Shown: positions 13,693 to 26,990 of the stretch, piece after piece | Layout of the letters: every line of letters begins with the position of its first letter | How positions within the stretch are numbered: the stretch's first letter is position 1 | Source: Octopus bimaculoides | Lineage: Eukaryota | Reading direction: 5' to 3' | Assembly (NCBI RefSeq): GCF_001194135.2 | Contig: NC_069002.1 | Span: forward strand, 19,163,333 to 19,227,332 | Length of the DNA stretch: 64,000 nucleotides | Made by a program: the position numbers and the translations under genes | Notes under the pieces: model-generated | The model's database searches: none | Seen by the model: only the letters and a program-made list of their open reading frames with translations | What the model was told of the DNA's origin: nothing

Positions 13693-13705
13693 GTTGCTTG
13701 GCAAC
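13693..13705. promoter_or_regulatory. X-box-like (RFX) palindrome GTTGCTTGGCAAC
   Basis: Motif match only, in unique sequence. Confidence 0.25.
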
Positions 13706-13791
13706 GAGCGCTAATGTATTCCCTTCTACACATCACTGAATACCGACTTAGTATATTGGTTTATAGCAGCGAACTTTTGTCTATAGTGACG

Positions 13792-13859
<68 letters not shown>

Positions 13860-14599
13860 TATATTGCGTATATATGTACATATGTATATATGTATGTGTG
13901 CGTATGTCTCTGTTTGTGCGTCCCTGTGCGTGTGTTTGAGTATGTGTGCGTATACTTACCGTTATATAGGAATTCTTGTGGATATATAAATGTGTTTGTG
14001 TATTAAAACATGTTTCCCCTCTCACTCATTCGCTCTTTTTCTTTTCTCTTTTGTTCTCTTCCACCCCTCTCTCTCTCTCTCTGTTGCCATTTTTCTGCTA
14101 TCCCTCTCAGCTCTAAATGTGTGTGTGTGTGCGGGCGTAGAAGTGCGCGTGTGCATGTTTGCGTTTGTACGCTTATGTACGTGCGTTGGCTCTACGCTTG
14201 TCAGTGTGAGGGTGTCTCGTTATAGACATTGATTCAATTGCGTTCTTTAGTCATGCTATAAACACATTTTCCACAAACACACACACGAACGTATGTGTGG
14301 GCGGGGCGGCGGTCATTCGCTGGAGGTCCAGGTCAGTAGTTCTAAACCGCGGTCCATATAAATTTTTGTTAAAGCTTATGTCCAATAAACCCCCGTTATA
14401 CTTTTATACAAAATATTCTTAATCCTTTATAGGATTCCTAATGATACAAAAAAAAAAAAGGATTTTTTAAACATCGAATGTCTATCGGGGTCCATTCGAA
14501 TATAATAGGAATTAAAGGGAGCCCATAGGCAAAAAATATTCTGACACCATTGGTCTATCATAAATGTCAGTCCAATAATCTTTCTATTCGCTTCCGCCC

Positions 14600-15420
14600 C
14601 GCTGAAGCCAGTACTGTTAAGTTACCCATTAAACTGTTGCAAGTCAGAACCTACTGGGAAGGCGATTCCAGAAGGGTTGTATTCTGGGGAGGAAAGGCTT
14701 GTCATTGTGGTTAGTGTGGGGAATGGACTTGGGTGGCCATAAAATTAGTGAGAGAGAGAAAGAGTGTCAAGTAATGCTGGAGGGTCTGAGAGGAGGAGGT
14801 ACAAGAACATTCAGTTCGCAGGACAAATTGAATTTACTGGACAACGTCCATTGCTAAAGGCTGACACTTTTCCAGTAGAAATGTTACAGGTGAATATAAG
14901 TGGACGGTAGATTGTTTTGTGGGAAAAGTTGCCTCTGATTGAAGACGGCATTGAAAAGGCAGAGTACATCACCGTAGAGATAGAGAGATTAAAGGGTTTG
15001 GTAAATATAGGGGCAAGTTCTGAAGCACATTACAAATCTGTCACTCATTCGGTTACGAGGTCGAGAGTTCCAGTGGATGCGATTTCCCTGCTGTTAGATG
15101 TCTAGTATTTTGTTTTACAGCTATAACAGAATGTACTCCTTGGAGGACTTGGGTCATAGAAATTAAAGTGTGTGGAGCGTGGAAAAACGTGCATTAAAAG
15201 GTAATCATAATTACTGGTTTAGCTCTTTAGAGCGGCAAAATGATAATTAACGTAAAATTGTCGAAGTTCAGACCAGTCAGCTGACTTGAAGTACCATAGG
15301 GCCCGGGGTGATGGCTGGCAGTGAAGTTTGAGATTGTTTTGAATAGTTGCAAAGAGACATTAAGTGCACATAGTCAGGATTTGGTAGGGTTTTGGTTTCA
15401 AGGTGAGAAAGGGATCAATA
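14600..15420 (-). mobile_element. Degenerate, internally deleted CR1/L2-group LINE ORF2 fragment
   Basis: Minus strand: PSPRALWYFKSADWSELRQFY (post-endonuclease linker), CASELAPIFTKPFNLSIST and YRPL (RT N-terminal region). Confidence 0.75.
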
Positions 15421-16081
15421 GAGATCAGAATGCATGTATATCGATGCAGGATGTGATTTCGGAAGGAAAACAAACTAGATAGCAAACGTTTAGTCTTCTG
15501 CAGTGGAATGGAATGGAAAATGAGTAGGGAGTGCAACCCTGGAAAACGGACATGGCCAGTGAAAAAGGCTTGACAAATATGTGAGAGAGTGGAAAACGTG
15601 TGGTTTGGTTTTCAGTAATTTTTTCCACGTGTAGGGGGTGTATGTGTACGTGAGTACACACAGATGTAGTGGGAGAGTATGTGTATGTACATATACGCAG
15701 ATGTGTGTGTAGGGGGAGGCGTTTGCAGGGAATTTCTTCTCGGCGTCTTGATCACGTGTCATGTCATATTTTTACCTCTTATCTTAGAAGATGGATAAAT
15801 GTATCAGAGGGAACTGTGTGCCAGTCCATTGGTCACATTGAATCTCCGTAAGAATGAGCGTGTGTGTGTGTGGAATACTCAGCAAGTTACACGCAGGAGA
15901 TTTAGTTCATAAGTTCGAAAGACAGGGATAAACATCGCCAAAAGTTTGGAAAAATTCTTTTCTTGTAGTGCTGGTGGTGGTGGTGGGGGGGTTATATGCA
16001 TGTACTGGGTTATTTTTTCCTGTATTTTCCTTTGTGTGTGCTTGTGTGAGGTGTTTGTATGTGTGTGTATTTCTGTATGTA

Positions 16082-16114
<33 letters not shown>

Positions 16115-16314
16115 TGATGTGTGCATGTATGTGTGCATGTATGTGTGCGTAAGAGCAACTTTACAGCTTCGTTAATTTCCCGTTTCAACATGTTTGTGTT
16201 CATAAGACCAAGCTTGTATTTGTGATTGTGCATACGTGTGTGTGTGAGTGTTTGTGGGCGCGCACACGTGTGTGTGTGATTATTTTCTCTATCAGTATAC
16301 ATACACACACTTAC

Positions 16315-16533
16315 ATACATGCAGGCAATGATATGATAGAGAAGTGGCATTTCTACTGGCCTTGAAGCTCCCGTTGCGTTTTCAGCTGTCAGCAAGTGTG
16401 CTAGTATTGATTGACAAAATGCTAAGCATTTTTTGGAAGTTGCTTCTGGAATTCTCAAGATAGCCACCATATTTGCATGTTCCTTGAATAAATATTTCTC
16501 CAGTGACAAGGCAGGGCATTTCAACGTCCAACA
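16315..16533 (-). CDS. Candidate internal exon (219 nt, phase 0-0)
   Basis: Acceptor ttattccgtttgttag|, donor |gtaagt; 73 open codons CWTLKCPALSLEKYLFKEHANMVAILRIPEATSKKCLAFCQSILAHLLTAENATGASRPVEMPLLYHIIACMY; an island of complex sequence among microsatellites. Confidence 0.55.
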
Positions 16534-16629
16534 CTAACAAACGGAATAATTAAAACACCATGTCACGTACTCTAACAATTCTGCATGAACTTTGCATTGT
16601 ACTTTATTTTTCCACCCCAAAAGTCTGAA

Positions 16630-16735
16630 AAGCAAAGATGGCACGGGCGTGATGTGAACTCAGAACCAATATTAGGACTGATAGAACATATCATTGTAGA
16701 CTGTGCTCTAACGGCTCTGCACCTCGTCGAATTCA
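16630..16735 (-). mobile_element. SINE family B head, degenerate
   Basis: Reverse of gaactcagaac and ctaacggctctgc resembles the family B tRNA-like head. Confidence 0.4.
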
Positions 16736-16990
16736 ATTTATGTGAATGATAACGAGTGTATATATGGGGATAGCAATACTCATATTACTGAGGGTATGTA
16801 TGGTGATACAACACGCATCCCTCATATATATAATATCTGTGTAAGATTTATTGTGTATATATGTGTGTAGAAATATAAGTGTACAAATCTGTATGTATGT
16901 ATATATGAACTAATGCATGTGTCTCTCAATTTACACCATGTATGTGTGTATAGATCACATTTGAAACACCTGTATACAAAACACACACAG

Positions 16991-17108
<118 letters not shown>

Positions 17109-17832
17109 CCTTATTTACGCAATAAATGATCAAAGTTTCCTCCGCCAGCGATATACTAAGTCTCGGAAGAAAAGTTAGAGCGTTGAACCAAATAACTTGT
17201 GGTATTTGTTCTAACCGTCTCCATTGAAATTTAAAATTCAGCCCTAATAAAATTTGCATTTAATTTTCCATGAACGATAGAATAAACTTCCAATTAGACT
17301 CTAAACGCTGGATTAGTGGGGTTGCAGACCCAGTCCTAATCTGTCTTCAATTTGATATTTTCTCCCGGAGCTTTGATGGATTTAATGGGGTCCAAATTGT
17401 AACAAGCATTTTGAGCAGAATGACAAATAAAAGAATAACTTCCCTGTATCCAACTCGGTGACACTGGAATATATGGATCTTGGACAACTGTGCAACCTGT
17501 CCACCGATTCTTAAATAGCGGAACACGATTTGAAGGGATTTTAGTTGTTATTTCTAGCAAGCGGAGTGATTGCCTGTGCGATATTTCTGTTCTTTTAGAC
17601 TAATTTGTGAAATGAGGGCAATGAGACTGCTAATTGAAGGAAATCGATTTACCACCTAAATACCTCGTCGGGTTGTGAAATGTGAATCCCTCCGACGCTA
17701 ACCCTTCCACTGTTAACCATTTTGGTGTAATGTATTGCAGTCGATTAACTTCAGGACATTCACGAAACACTCTCGTGAATAAGTCACTCCCACCGTCACT
17801 ATCCTGTCTATATTTTGTTTTTCAGACACAGA

Positions 17833-18230
17833 TGTAGGAGTGGCTCTGTGGTAAGTAGCTTGCTTACGAACCACTTGATTCTGGGTTCAGTCACACTGCG
17901 TGGCACCTTGGGCAAGTGTCTTCTACTATTGCCTCGGGCCGACCAAAGCCTTGTGAGTGGATTTGATAGACGGAAACTGAAAGAAGCCCATCGTATTTAT
18001 GTATATATATGTGTGTATACGTTTGTGTGTCTGTCTTTGTCCCCCCAACTTCGCTTGACAACCGATGCTGGTGTGTTACGTATCCGTAACCTAGCGGTTC
18101 GGCAAAAGAGACCGATAGAATAAGTACTAGGATTACAAAGAATAAGTCCTGGGGTCGATTTTCTCGACTAAGGGCGCTGTTCCAGCATGGCCACAGTCAA
18201 ATGACTGAAACAAGTAAAAGACTAAAAGAG
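17833..18230 (+). mobile_element. SINE family A, near full length
   Basis: tRNA-like head (box A gtggtaag, box B ggttcagtc), body, internal TA/TG tract, and tail ccagcatggccacagtcaaatgactgaaacaagtaaaaga. Confidence 0.92.
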
Positions 18231-18670
18231 TATACTGTCTAGAGGATCACGGTAGATAATGATTTGAGGGAGAGTTGGCTGTTATTTCTTAACTGGGTAA
18301 GCAGCCATGCAAACGACTCCCTGTTTGATTAAAGAAGAGTTACCTTTCTTTCCTTACATGAGTATTGATTACTGGCAGTCGGAGACTCTAAGAACTCGTA
18401 CCACCTTGTAGAAATAGCAGCTAAATAACTCTCAAATCACGCCCAATATTATTAAAATTACATGACGGGTTATTTATCCATAAAACGGTGAATGGTTATG
18501 ACTGGAACGCCTTCATTCATAAATCTTTTCAATCATATCCGATCTGAGACTAAAGAGTAATTACGATTAGGTTTTGAAAGCAGCTCGCTAATGTCGTTTA
18601 AGTGAAGTTAGAAGTTAGGCTAAACTACGCTTATTGCTTCTAAACTAAGTAAACGTTAAACTTTTCATAT

Positions 18671-18747
<77 letters not shown>

Positions 18748-18985
18748 ATTTCTTTCTCTCTCTCTTTCTCTTCTCTGTGTATAATTGTGTGTGTATGTGT
18801 GTATACCTCCCGCTTTTATCTGTCTATCTTTCATTCTCTTTATCTAGGGAATTAAAAAATGTCTGCCGCTGTCAACAGTTGAAACATGTCATATCACTAT
18901 CGCCAATCAAAACCATCAGTCCTATCTTGATACACATGGAATAAAGTCGATACACAACAAATTTCTAGATAAACATGTACACACG

Positions 18986-19091
<106 letters not shown>

Positions 19092-19848
19092 AACACACAC
19101 ACACACACACACATACACACACAGACAATCAGTGACATGTACACACGTGAATCTAACCCACATGCTAGTGGTGGTATTCGATATTTTAAAGGTCAAATAT
19201 TGTGATTCGTAAATAATTATAGTTTTATTGATGTAAATAATTACAGAGTTTCAAGTGATATCGGAGGTTGTGATTAGAATCTTTTTAGCCTGTTGACATT
19301 TCTAAGACTTTTACTTTGGGTTTCGCTTCCGGTGACGCTTCTGTTTTGGGTTAAGGTTGTTGTTATATACCCTTGGGTCATTGACGATCGAACTCGTTTA
19401 TTAGAGTCGCTGTTATGCAGAGGGAGTCAAGGTGCATGTGTGTGTGTGTTGCATATATATACTTACGTGTGTGTGTGTGTGTACATTTCAAAATGGATCT
19501 CCACCGGTTTCAGAGGTCGGTATTCAGTTATTCAATCAATTAAACGATATTCACATTGATTGAGTATTCCATAGATATGTACCATAACGTCATTCTTGGG
19601 AAAAACTAGCAGTAAACAGAAATGTGATCGCTTTGAGATACAATCAATCTGTTAGGCTTACGCACAGTTTCCGTCAGCTCCGTTTCGCCACAAAGTTTAG
19701 CGTAAAACGTGGCTACTGTAAAAGGTGTCTAGCCACAATTCCAAGCACTAAGAATTCAAATGGAAACACATGATGCGAGGCAACCATGAACATTCGCTCA
19801 TGCTGCCGCCATATACAGTTTGAGAAATTATTTCGCCAAATACATATA

Positions 19849-20245
19849 TTCTTTTATTCTTTTACTTATTTCAGTGACCCAAGGACTTTTCCTTTGTAAG
19901 CCTAGTACTTATTCTATTGATATCATTTGCTGAACCGCTAGGTTACAGGGTTGTAAAAACACCAGCATCGGTCGTCAGGCAATGGATGGGGGACAAACAC
20001 AAACACATATCACACACACACACACACATACACACACATACGCACACGCTCACACACACACATATATATATACACATATACGACGGGCTTCTTCAAGTTT
20101 CCGTCAACCAAATCCACACACAAGGCATTGGTTGACCAGAGGCAATTGCCCAGAAGACACTTGCTCATGGTGCCACGCAGTCGGACTGAAACCGGAACCG
20201 TGTGGTTAGGAAGCAATCTTCTTACCACACAGCCACACCTGTGCC
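19849..20245 (-). mobile_element. SINE family A, near full length
   Basis: Reverse-complement match to 17833-18230. Confidence 0.9.
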
Positions 20246-20435
20246 TGTATATATATATGTGTGTGTGTCCGTGTCCTTGTATGTATGTGTATATATGTGT
20301 GTTCGTGTGTGTGCGTGCGTGCGTGCGTGTGTATGTGTGCGCGCGCGTTTGTGCATGTATATTTGAAATGACTCCATACATGTCTGAGTTATATAGCAGT
20401 ATGTCGAAGTTCGATCGTTTAATGATTTTTCATAC

Positions 20436-20509
20436 TTCCTTATTAATCTGTTTAGTTCCTTTCAGAACAATAACCTTCCTAATTCTATTCGGTTGGCCAT
20501 TCAAATCCT
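20436..20509 (-). CDS. Candidate internal exon (74 nt, phase 1-0)
   Basis: Acceptor cccattcatattgcag|, donor GAA|gtatga; (E)DLNGQPNRIRKVIVLKGTKQINKE; phase fits the 16533 exon. Confidence 0.35.
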
Positions 20510-20960
20510 CTGCAATATGAATGGGACGATGATAAGACTTCACGTTCGACAATAAAGCCACCAAAGGAGGCTCCAGCGAATGACTTTATAATTGACAAAG
20601 TGCACAACACCGGATTTAAAATTGCAAATCTTTGTCGATTTCAGGATAAATCTCTTTACGTGATTATATGTTTGGATTTAAATTTTCATCGACAAATGAA
20701 GCGTTAAATACGAAAATTATGAACACAAAACTGACAAATAATAATGGCGACATAAACAGATTAATTAGTAGAATCCAACATACAACAACGCATTCTTCTA
20801 CAATGATACGAATACAGATTTCATTAAATAAGGTCTGTAAACCCATACATATAATGAAAACCGTATGCACGGTGGTTATACAATGGTTTGATATGTCATT
20901 AAAATATGCATAAACTAGAGCACAATCTGGAGAATAGCTAACCACAATGGCGTTCGTACC

Positions 20961-21249
20961 TTCTTTTACTTGTTTCTGTCACCAGACTGCGGCCATGCTG
21001 GGGCACCACTTTGAATTTTTAGTCAAATAAATGAATCGACCGCAGGACTTCTATTTTCAACTCATGGTACTTATTCCATTGGTCTCTTTTGCCGAACCAA
21101 TAGCTCACACAGATGGAAATAGACCAACACCGGTTATCAAACGGTGATGGTGGAGGACAAATACAGACAAAAAGGCATACATACATAGGTACATACATAC
21201 ATACATACATATATACATACATACATACATACATAAATATCTATATACA

Positions 21250-21291
<42 letters not shown>

Positions 21292-21306
21292 GCGCGATGG
21301 GCTTCT
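20961..21306 (-). mobile_element. SINE family A, 3' part; head lies in a gap
   Basis: cttttacttgtttc..gactgcggccatgctggggcacc..tctcttttgccgaacc. Confidence 0.85.
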
Positions 21307-21781
21307 TNNNNNNNNNNNNNNNNNNNNNNNNNNNNNNNNNNNNNNNNNNNNNNNNNNNNNNNNNNNNNNNNNNNNNNNNNNNNNNNNNNNNNNNNNNNNN
21401 NNNNNNNNNNNNNNNNNNNNNNNNNNNNNNNNNNNNNNNNNNNNNNNNNNNNNNNNNNNNNNNNNNNNNNNNNNNNNNNNNNNNNNNNNNNNNNNNNNNN
21501 NNNNNNNNNNNNNNNNNNNNNNNNNNNNNNNNNNNNNNNNNNNNNNNNNNNNNNNNNNNNNNNNNNNNNNNNNNNNNNNNNNNNNNNNNNNNNNNNNNNN
21601 NNNNNNNNNNNNNNNNNNNNNNNNNNNNNNNNNNNNNNNNNNNNNNNNNNNNNNNNNNNNNNNNNNNNNNNNNNNNNNNNNNNNNNNNNNNNNNNNNNNN
21701 NNNNNNNNNNNNNNNNNNNNNNNNNNNNNNNNNNNNNNNNNNNNNNNNNNNNNNNNNNNNNNNNNNNNNNNNNNNNNNNNN

Positions 21782-21847
<66 letters not shown>

Positions 21848-22384
21848 CACAAACACGCACGCACACATGGTATGTCTTGTGTATACTGTGAAATGTATGA
21901 CTGCTACTGTAAAGTTTAGAGCTGCTCGTACATCGTCATTTTTCAGTCTGTTTCCAGTTGAGTGCTTCATGTTTCTACTAATAATAGAGCAAATGTAGGC
22001 AAAAATTACGATAACTAAAACCTGATTTCATTTGTTCCAACGTACGTTTTATCATTGGGATTGTTTAAAACCTTTCATTGGATGCTGCAAGTGCAATTGC
22101 CTCCTTAACCACAACTGACGATAGGGGAATCCTATTTTGTATTATTTTACAGAGACTGCCGTGCTGAAGCATTTCAACTAAAGGTTCTCAAACAACGATA
22201 ATGCTTAAACGCGTGAGGGACAAATGATATAAACTTGTGTTTATCACAATTTCCACTCTGTAGACGTGTCAACGTAGGAAACTGTCGATTACTATCAGTT
22301 TGATGCGTGTCAAGTGCGAATTATCGAAACTGTCGGCCTTTGAGTCCCACTAAATTTTATTAAGCTATTAAGCCTGTGTTGCTA

Positions 22385-22540
22385 TAGGCACAAGGAATGA
22401 AATTTTGGGGAAGGGGGCTAGTCAAATATATTGAACCCAGTACTCAACTGGTACTTATTTTATCGACCCCTTCAGAAAAGTATTTGACGTCAGAACATAA
22501 CACTGACGAATTGCCACTAAGCATTTTGTCAGGTGTCTGC
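22385..22540 (-). mobile_element. SINE family B copy
   Basis: cccagtactcaactggtacttattttatcgacccc is the reverse of the family B core. Confidence 0.75.
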
Positions 22541-22986
22541 GAAGGGAAAATATATACTCTTGCTTTTTGTTCTATTTTCCTGTTTGTATCACCAAATAAT
22601 ATAAGATGACGATGATGATGATGATCATCATCATGATCATGATCATCATCATCATGATCATCATCATCATGATCATCATCATCGTCATCATCGACCAGGA
22701 TTTATGGTCCCATAATTTTCAGTTCAACGTCGAAAATATTATCAGTAATAAAATTACACCCATAATATTTATGGCAACCGCCATTAAAATAGTCTCATTT
22801 GTAAATGAGATTTCGAAAGTCTCAACACATCAGACGACAGTATTGAAGAATGTCTTCCTTTCAAACGAAACATAAAGAATAAGAAGGATAGAGGAAGAGC
22901 GTTTAAGCAGAGAACGAAGTTGAATATAGTCACGTGGTTAATGTAACTTGTTTAAAAAAATAATTCTTCCTCATTTGCATGCAAGC

Positions 22987-23040
<54 letters not shown>

Positions 23041-23453
23041 TGTGTGTCTCAGTCTATGTGTGCTTACATTTGAGTGTGTAAAACTTCACGCGGGAAATAA
23101 TTCATGCTTATTTACATATGTGACATTGGTGAAAAATGATACATGCAAAACAGTTTGATACTTTACAATTATTTAAACATAGTGTCAGCAGCTGTGTTTC
23201 CATGTACGTATAAGTATCACACACAAACACACACACACACACACTGCATAGAAATATATGTACACATGTGCGTGTGCGCTGTTTACATAAGTATTATGTA
23301 TGTATTATTTGGTTCAAATTGACACTGGCGACAATAGACGATATAAGTGGAATTACAGTAAATATGATGCGTATTAAACGTCCCAATTTTTTAACAAATT
23401 AACCGCTGCTTGCAAATATATATACATATTGTTATTATTATTGTTGTTGTTGC

Positions 23454-23520
<67 letters not shown>

Positions 23521-24110
23521 GTGTCTTACACATTTCAGAGACATTGCACGAACATGTTTAGCATTAGATTATTCCTGAAGAAAACAGGCCAAGTCAAACC
23601 AGTGCTGCCACCAAAGGCATGGTCTAGAAATGATCAGGACTACGTATCTAAGTTGTTTATATTCATATTTATAAGTTTAAAGATTAGTTGAAATATATTG
23701 CCGTAGAGTATTCTAAGTATTTCGCACGTTCACAGTTTTGTTTATCTCTCTCCACTTCCATTTGTATATATCATATTTGTATAGTTTACGTATCTCTTAC
23801 TTGTACATGCCTATATTTGGTTGTATCTACAAACATGTGTATGTTTTATCACTACTATCTGTTTGCAGTTGTATTGAATTTAATTTGCGCTCATTTTCAG
23901 TTTCCCTCTCTTACATCTTTCCATAATGTGACAACAATATTTATCGCTTGTTATTCGCATTTTTCAGTTTACACATTTTACTTTATACATTTCTAAAATT
24001 TTCAGAAAGAAAACTATATTGGTGCTGTTAAAAGAAAATCTGTGTCAATTGTACTCCATTTGCTTTTGTAATTTATAATCTTTAGTGTTTACAAGATAAA
24101 ATGTAATGTC

Positions 24111-24500
24111 AGGGCTGGCTGTGTGGTAAGAAGCTTCCTTCTCAACTACATGGCTCCGGGTTCAGTTCCACTGTCTTCTACACTGACCTAGGGCCGATCA
24201 AAGCCTTGTGAGTGGTTTTGGTAGACGAAAACTGAAAGAAGCCCATCGTATATATATGGACATATTTATATGCGTGTGTGTGATTTTGTGTCTGTGTTTC
24301 TCCCCACACCCCCACACCATCCCTTGACAACTGATGTTGGTTTGTTTACGGCCCTGTAAACTAGTGGTTCGGCAAAGGAGTCCGATAGAATAAGTAGTAG
24401 GCTCACAAAAATAAGTCTTGGGATCTATTTGTTCGACTAAAACCCTTCAAGACGGTGTTCCAGCATGGCCGCAGTCAAATGACTGAAACAAGTAAAAGAA
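24111..24500 (+). mobile_element. SINE family A, near full length
   Basis: Head, body and tail all match 17833-18230. Confidence 0.9.
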
Positions 24501-24512
24501 TATATAATGTAG

Positions 24513-25740
24513 TCTTTTATTGTTTTACTAGTTTCTGCAAGAGGCTATGGCTATGCTGGAGCACCGCCCCTCGGTGTTTTTTGGTTTCCTTTTCTATTGT
24601 TTTGGGTGAAGAAACGAGTCAGACGGAGTTTCTCTTCTTTGTGCCTCTTTCCGCAATGTGGAATTTCATCTGGTGTTTCATCAGATGCTTTTTGAAGGTT
24701 TCCACATCCACAACTCGCAAATCTCTGAGGTTGTTTGGCAAGATGTTAAACAGTTGTGGTCCCCAGAAGCCCAAGCTGTTGCATTATTATGTCAGTTATC
24801 CGAGAAGAAGACGGGATTGTTGGTATTATGCTGTGCAGTCCATTTCGGTGTTTGGTATCGCTTTTAATTTCAAAATTGGGAGCTAGAACTTCCAGGATAT
24901 TCCATACGTATATCACTGTACACCATTCTCGTCTTCTCTCCAGGGTGTTCCAGCTTCAGTTCTTGTATCCTCCCCCAATAACACATCAGTTTCACCGAAT
25001 CAATCTTCTTTGTGTAGTGGTGCTGGATTTCCTCAAGTTCCGCCACGAGCTTGACGTTCTCCGGTGACCACAGTTGGGAGCAATAATCCAGACAACCGAG
25101 AACGAAAGTTCTCCATAGGTGTAGCAAGGTATCCTTATTTCTGCTTCTGAATAATCTAAGAATCAATCCAGTAACTCACCAGTACAATGTTGCCATCTTG
25201 GTAATATGCACATGGAATGTTGCATCGTTATCATGTGGATTCCCATATCCCGTCCCGCCTCTAAATCTGGGATTGTACTGCCTCCTGCTCCTATGTTTTC
25301 CGATTGCAGTCTGTCCGTGCGTTGAGAGCGGAGTGTTTAAAACTTAGCATCACTGAACTGCACGTTATTTTCATCAGCCCATTTGCATACATGCAGACAT
25401 CTCGTTTTGCAGTTTTAGTATGTCATGAGGGTCGTTGACCGCCTGTGATAATTTTGTGACTGTACAGCTGTGGGAAAATGTAAGAGAGCCACTACAAACA
25501 ATAGTAGACCGAGTACAATTCCCTGAAGAACTCCACTTCGGATTGATGTTTCCCCAGTACCATTGGATGCAGCTGTCTGGCATTTGACTTTTAAAATGTC
25601 GTACAGCCACTCTCCCAGTTTACCAGTGACAACAAGGTCATGCAGTTTGTGACATAACGTTTCATTTCAACTTGGTCGAAGACTTTGGCAAAGTCGAGAT
25701 ATATCAAATCCACATATGAGTGGTTGAGCTACTGTTTCAG
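24513..25740 (-). mobile_element. CR1-clade LINE, 3' fragment (RT to 3' end), degenerate
   Basis: VDLIYLDFAKVFDQV; SGVLQGIVLG (QG motif); ILRLFRSRNKDTLLHLWRTFVLGCLDYCSQLWSP..LEEIQ; GPQLFNILP. The YADD motif is not found and appears deleted before TKLSQ. Confidence 0.9.
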
Positions 25741-26070
25741 TACCCAATCGTAGTGTTATAGATATCTGTGTGAGACTTTTATGTATATATTTATTTACCT
25801 CAATATATACATACATTCGTACGTACACACACACGGACAACACACGCTCGCGCACGCACACATACACACANNNNNNNNNNNNNNNNNNNNNNNNNNNNNN
25901 NNNNNNNNNNNNNNNNNNNNNNNNNNNNNNNNNNNNNNNNNNNNNNNNNNNNNNNNNNNNNNNNNNNNNNNNNNNNNNNNNNNNNNNNNNNNNNNNNNNN
26001 NNNNNNNNNNNNNNNNNNNNNNNNNNNNNNNNNNNNNNNNNNNNNNNNNNNNNNNNNNNNNNNNNNNNNN

Positions 26071-26110
<40 letters not shown>

Positions 26111-26321
26111 TCAATTCAAATAAAAAACAAACACTTCAAATAAACGGATAAAAAACTAAAAAAATCCGCGAACATGCGGATATGCACAAGAATTACGCTA
26201 GCTTGTCGATCGGTGAGAGGAGAGTGTTTAACGTTTCAAGCATAGGTCCTTTTTGGAAAGGAGAAAAGGAAAAAATCCAAAGAAGGAGGAGAAGAAACAG
26301 GCAATATATATATATACATAC

Positions 26322-26990
26322 ACTAGCAAGGCATCCCGACGTTGCCCAGCTGTTATTACCTACACGCACATTGTATTTATTAGCACCTTTCTTATGAGCA
26401 GAATCGGCAGAGCTAATATATAGTTAATGGCATAATGGAAGTTATTGTTTGTTTAAAGGTGAAGTGGGAGGGTACAATTTACATGAGTTTGCATGAAAGG
26501 GCTTTCCATTTCTAAAAAGGATCAGAAACAGTCAATATAAAGTTTAATATGAACCCCCCTCCAAAAAAAAAACAGAAAAAAGAAAGCCCTACTAGGTGTA
26601 AAGACGTGTGTAAAAAACGAATATGTAACAAAAAATGCGCGCCGAATGTGGGGTCGGTGAGTGTGTAGGGGACTTTCGGAAAATTTACAGGATCCAATTT
26701 TTCTTCCATAACTTTCACGAAAATGGATATTTATTGATGAAATTTTACCGAAACACCTTTCAAACAACACAGATTACGATTATAAAGAAAATGTGAGGAA
26801 AATGTTTTCCGAAGGGGTGAGAAGAGGACTGTCGGAAAGTTCACATGTTTCGTTCTTTATCATCATAACTTTCAGGATCTACTTTAGCGCCCGGTCACCA
26901 AACCATTTTTCTTTGTTTTAACCAGATTCCTGTTTTCGATGACGGAAATTCCGAATAAGGAAAAAAAAACACTTTTTCAAAATGTTTAAT
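26322..26990 (-). mobile_element. Non-autonomous Helitron-like element, 3' end
   Basis: Minus strand ends ctgggcaacgtcgggatgccttgCTAG|T: a decayed subterminal hairpin plus CTAG terminus before T. The 5' boundary is uncertain. Confidence 0.55.

Noticed and set aside
17833-17905. tRNA-like heads with box A/B (also in other SINE copies)
   Set aside because: These are SINE heads without a full cloverleaf, not tRNA genes.
19320-19336. ETS-like CTTCCGG next to TGACG, suggesting a promoter
   Set aside because: Short motifs expected by chance; no supporting exon or CpG island.
22064-22171. Minus-strand peptide EMLQHGSLCKIIQNR resembling a kinase hinge
   Set aside because: Weak splice sites, no other kinase motifs, and the phase does not fit the downstream exon.
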